Assembly: GCA_003693705.1 (NCBI GenBank)
Contig: RBZT01000525.1
Span: 1 to 64,000, forward strand
DNA: 64,000 nucleotides
Reading direction: 5' to 3'
Source: Polymyxa betae A26-41
Taxonomy: Eukaryota; Protista; Endomyxa: Phytomyxea
Part shown: positions 63,020-64,000 of the stretch, piece after piece
Position numbering within the stretch: position 1 is the stretch's first letter
Layout: the number at the start of each line of letters is the position of its first letter
Translations under genes and position numbers: made by a program
Notes under the pieces: model-generated
Told to the model about the DNA's origin: nothing
The model's input: only the letters and a program-made list of their open reading frames with translations
Database searches by the model: none

Positions 63020-63735
63020 ATGGCAGCGTCCAAGGCGATCGAGACTGCAACAGATCGCCATGCGTATCGTCAGGGATTATCTCCCTATGCAATTCTGTCT
63101 AGTATTCATACACATCTTTATGCACACCATCGAACATGCCGGGAATGGTTTCTAGCTATCGATAAGCGCCGATGCGGTTATGTTCTTGATGACCAGCTTG
63201 TTGATGCATTACAAGATATTGGAACGCACCCAGCTATTGCTGAATCTGTCCAATTACGGCGCTTGATGAAAGAATTTCCACGAGATGCTCCTGGTCGCTT
63301 TAATTATGACGAATTCAGCCGTTTCATTTGCCAGTATTTGGGCTCGTTGATGCCAGAGCCTTCGGCAACTAAACCCCCAAATGTGCCAGAACATGACGAA
63401 GCTACTGCAGTAGCGGCTGTTCGGTAAATATCGATTTGCATTTACCGTCTGATTCATGACATTTCGTTATGCATAGGTCTGAGCTCTTGAATAGAGCGAG
63501 AAACTACCGAGAAGCATTTCTGTTGGTTGACGATGGCCGACAAGGATGCTTGCCTTTCGACCAATTTCGACAACGCCTTGTTGAGATAGGAGTTAACCCC
63601 AAAGCAGTTCGGTCAAACGGGTTTGCTGACGCTCTGGCACGGTTGAAACCAGATGTTCCTGGGTATATTCAGTATAACGACTTTCTATCACTTCTTCATG
63701 CTTATCAAGAATCTACACCAATAAAGAACTACTAG
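63020..63735 (+). CDS. EF-hand domain protein
   Basis: FLAIDKRRCGYV, GRFNYDEFSRF, YREAFLLVDDGRQGCL, GYIQYNDFLSL; one intron. Confidence 0.75.
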
Positions 63736-63911
63736 TCGACAGTTTCAGCCTTTGGTCAGTCGCCGTCAGCTAGTGAATTAAATCGGGCCTTGACTGACCG
63801 GACCGGTCATAATAATCTCGACGACCAACAATGGCGATTATAAACACTTCATTCAGTATTGATTTCTCCAAAGCCCGTTCAGTCGTAGCTCTCGTGATTG
63901 ATACATGAATT

Positions 63912-63993
63912 GATTCGGTGGTGGAGTGGTTAACACGGTCGCCTGCTAAGTGGCTGCCTTCTGGGCGCGCGAGTTCGAATCTCGTCCGAATCG
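63912..63993 (+). tRNA. tRNA-Ser(GCU)
   Basis: Acceptor stem GATTCGG/CCGAATC, anticodon loop CTGCTAA, long variable arm, T-loop GTTCGAATC, discriminator G; 82 nt. Confidence 0.95.
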
Positions 63994-64000
63994 TTTTTTT
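63994..64000 (+). terminator. RNA polymerase III oligo-T terminator
   Basis: T7 run directly after the tRNA 3' end. Confidence 0.8.

Overview
Gene-dense eukaryotic (protist-like) nuclear DNA with about 30 recognisable protein-coding genes. Most are broken by many short (~40-60 nt) GT-AG introns, so the ORF track splits them into fragments; I re-joined exons by eye and some boundaries are approximate. Recognisable genes: methionine aminopeptidase 1, PACRG, FKBP-TPR immunophilin, MGRN1/LOG2-type RING ligase, DMC1, an atypical Rab-like GTPase, MPC1, a zf-4CXXC protein, SRP receptor alpha, a calponin-like protein, a linker-histone-like protein, a UBL-UBA protein, FPP synthase, PRL phosphatase, a LIM-ankyrin protein, the C-terminal half of WDR59/SEA3, an ankyrin protein, C1orf131/Faf1-like, a tesmin/LIN54 CXC protein, MCM8, a tandem CCCH protein, MRM1, ZC3H15, an Atg22-like MFS transporter, a Zn-dependent dehydrogenase, a SUZ12/VEFS protein, NSF, a C18orf63-like protein, a perilipin-like protein, GPN3, an EF-hand protein and tRNA-Ser(GCU). 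A flagellar gene (PACRG), meiotic genes, tiny introns and the ankyrin type fit a compact zoosporic protist such as a plasmodiophorid; this is inference only. Best leads: (i) an ankyrin protein whose spliced last exon carries an F-box/PRANC-like motif, with a decayed paralogue beside it; (ii) an MFS transporter with a ~170-aa jelly-roll-like domain inserted in a loop; (iii) a WDR59 lacking its WD40/RWD half; (iv) a ~1.2-kb element bounded by long degenerate inverted repeats; (v) an H1 with a long acidic tail; (vi) unannotated structured-RNA candidates ending in T-tracts. No clear multi-gene novel system could be established from sequence alone.
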